A stretch of DNA of 12,000 nucleotides from positions 1 through 12,000 of the forward strand of contig JAKLZA010000307.1 of NCBI GenBank assembly GCA_030704615.1. The letters run 5' to 3'. The stretch's first letter is position 1. Every line of letters starts with the position of its first letter. Shown here piece by piece: positions 10,486-12,000 of this stretch. This DNA is from Takakia lepidozioides (lineage: Eukaryota; Plantae; Bryophyta). Made by a program: the position numbers and the translations under genes. The notes under the pieces were generated by a model, which saw only the letters and a list, made by a program, of their open reading frames with translations, ran no database searches and had not been told where the DNA came from.

Positions 10486-10556
10486 GTGCTAAACCCTCTT
10501 TGGGAGTCATACTCAATTTCTCGATAACATCAAAGTTACAGTAATAACTTTTTCAG

Positions 10557-10813
10557 GCTGTCTTTCAGGAAAGCCAGCGGTGGATCTTCAGGAGATACAG
10601 TCATTTCTGGCGAGTCTGTTTTCGACAGCCCCCTTTCCATTTTCTGCTCCCTGTTATGCCGAAGCAATGGCACTTCACGCGTCCGAGTCCCTATCCCCTG
10701 ACTTTTTAGTGGCCAGCCGTAGGTGTATCCAGCGTGGATCCGGTGTTCTAAAATACTTAGACTTAGATGCAGAGGAAGAGGGGATACATTGTACTGACTC
10801 TGAGTCAGACTGA
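10557..10813 (+). CDS. Possible tenth exon / alternative acidic C-terminus of the cargo gene
   Basis: Donor-like GTGAGT (10478) and GTAAGT (10482) sit at the stop codon; acceptor TTTTTCAG ends at 10556. The 10478/10556 pair gives a 79-nt intron and an open frame ending KYLDLDAEEEGIHCTDSESD*. Other splice combinations are also possible. Confidence 0.3.
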
Positions 10814-10934
10814 ACTGTATTCTTTTAATATTCATTTCATATTATTGGAAACGTTGAATCCCCACTCTACCGTAGTTGTTCCTTTAGAACAAATAATAAT
10901 CACAGAATCAACTTTCGTTTAAATTGCTATATGT

Positions 10935-11290
10935 ATGAATCCATCTCACAACCTTCCTGACTCTTCTCATATCCATTGTGCATTCATCTACACTGTATTC
11001 ATGCGTGCTCCATTCATGAAAGCTTCCTTTGTACAACATCCATTGTACATTCATCCTCTGTACTCTTTAATCCACCCCACAAACCTTCCACACTCATTTC
11101 ATATACTTTGTGCATTCGTCAAAAGATTTGGTCATGCATCTTCCTGTCATGAATTTTTGTCATTGCTCAACATCCATTATACATTCATCCATTTTACTCT
11201 TATCCATCCGTCATTCATCCATCTACATAGATTTTTCAAACTCATCCATCTGTTTATCATCCAACTGTACATTCATCCATCATTTATTCA
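10935..11290 (+). repeat. Degenerate (CATT/CATC)n low-complexity subterminal tract
   Basis: Recurrent CATTCA(TC) and CATCCA(T), e.g. 10981, 11011, 11037, 11048, 11171, 11182, 11212, 11243, 11270; strongly G-poor on the + strand. Confidence 0.75.
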
Positions 11291-11319
11291 ATGCCTTTTT
11301 ATTATGTCGTCCAGCTTGT

Positions 11320-11494
11320 TTCCGCGGTAAAGGGTGCCAATCCGCGGGAATACACTCCACTTCTTTCTGGGTGCGTGGGTGACTCGGCCTCCACGTGTGA
11401 TGACGTGGACTGAGCCCGTGACGTGGCATTTGCGCAAGGTGACGTGGCGGTGAGCGCAGTCGCGCTCACGCGCTCACGTGACCAGGCTCACGCC
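11320..11494 (-). repeat. Right terminal inverted repeat / subterminal motif array
   Basis: Counterpart of the left TIR. TGACGTGG at 11401, 11419, 11440; GCTCAC at 11464, 11472, 11486; paired CCGCGG at 11322 and 11342. Confidence 0.8.
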
Positions 11495-11922
11495 GAGGCA
11501 TCCCTGTCCACACGAGAAGCTATGGAGGGTCTTGACGGTCCAGGTCGGGAATGATTATCGTTGCATACCTCTCTGTTGGCAGTGGCCGCCTCTCGGTTTC
11601 CGGACTCCTTTGTGGATGGTGTGGGCAGCGACTGATTCGGAAAGGGAATGGGCATTCCCACAGCTCGGTACAGGATGGTGTCTGATGGGGGAATGTGCCA
11701 TTTGATTCCGCAACCTCCGTCGTTACCTAGCACGACAATGGTCTCGTCAACCTGTCCAGGAACATCCTTCCTTTCTTCTTCCAAAGAAACTGTGCCCGGT
11801 TTGAGTTTGAATTTGGAACAAAGGTAAGTTTCAGTCACTCTGCAAAGTCCTCCCTCGTTTGGGATCCAGGCTCTCCCAAGTTGCGGAGGACAGCAAACTA
11901 TAGCGTAGGAATTCGGAGCCAT
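11495..11922 (-). pseudogene. N-terminal fragment of a related transposase, truncated at the right TIR
   Basis: GLCRVTETYLCSKFKLKPGTVSLEEERKDVPGQV...WHIPP..YRAVGMP aligns by eye to GFAIVLEHVLATRFQLQNGSIFLEKEVYDLKGKL...WRVRPG.YRVLGEP (ORF 3690-4325). The ORF's stop codon is supplied by the TIR (11488-11490). Confidence 0.65.
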
Positions 11923-12000
11923 CGAACACCGCACGGAGTTGGCAAGTGCGAGGTTCAGTATAGCGACAGACCAAGGCTCACAGGCACCATGCGGAGTCCA

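Larger units (their letters stand above)
216..11494. mobile_element. Mutator-like (MULE) DNA transposon, ~11.3 kb, with transposase and divergent ParB-MTase cargo gene
   Basis: Inverted termini: left 216 GGCGTGAGCgttgCACGTGAGCGCGcGAGCG versus reverse complement of the right end (from 11494) GGCGTGAGCctggtCACGTGAGCGCGtGAGCG. Encloses a DDE/SWIM transposase. Coding sequence in both flanks breaks off at these termini. No clean TSD, so the ends are uncertain by a few bp. Confidence 0.85.

Noticed and set aside
10935-11382. His/Ile-rich ORFs 10935-11330 and 11110-11382
   Set aside because: Translations of the CATT/CATC low-complexity tract.

Overview
Eukaryotic DNA with GT-AG introns; a land plant, possibly a bryophyte, is my low-confidence guess. 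The window is almost filled by one ~11.3 kb Mutator-like (MULE) DNA transposon (216-11494) with long, imperfect, CG-rich terminal inverted repeats. It carries two divergently transcribed genes. On the minus strand is a ~1130 aa transposase (GCM/WRKY-like Zn domain, DDE core with CxxH, C-terminal SWIM finger; 1 intron, 3 frameshifts). On the plus strand is a 9-exon, ~1085 aa cargo gene that I reconstruct as a ParB/Srx-like domain (VWDGNHR) fused to a beta-class DNA amino-methyltransferase-like domain (5 frameshifts). Its two long introns hold arrays of one 22-bp palindrome (TGAATGKCGTTGACGMCATTCA), and the palindrome arm CATTCA recurs in a subterminal tract. Both flanks are pieces of a related transposase that point into the element, and I see no target-site duplication, which suggests a nested insertion plus inversion. 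Domain calls come from motifs recognised by eye; no searches were run.
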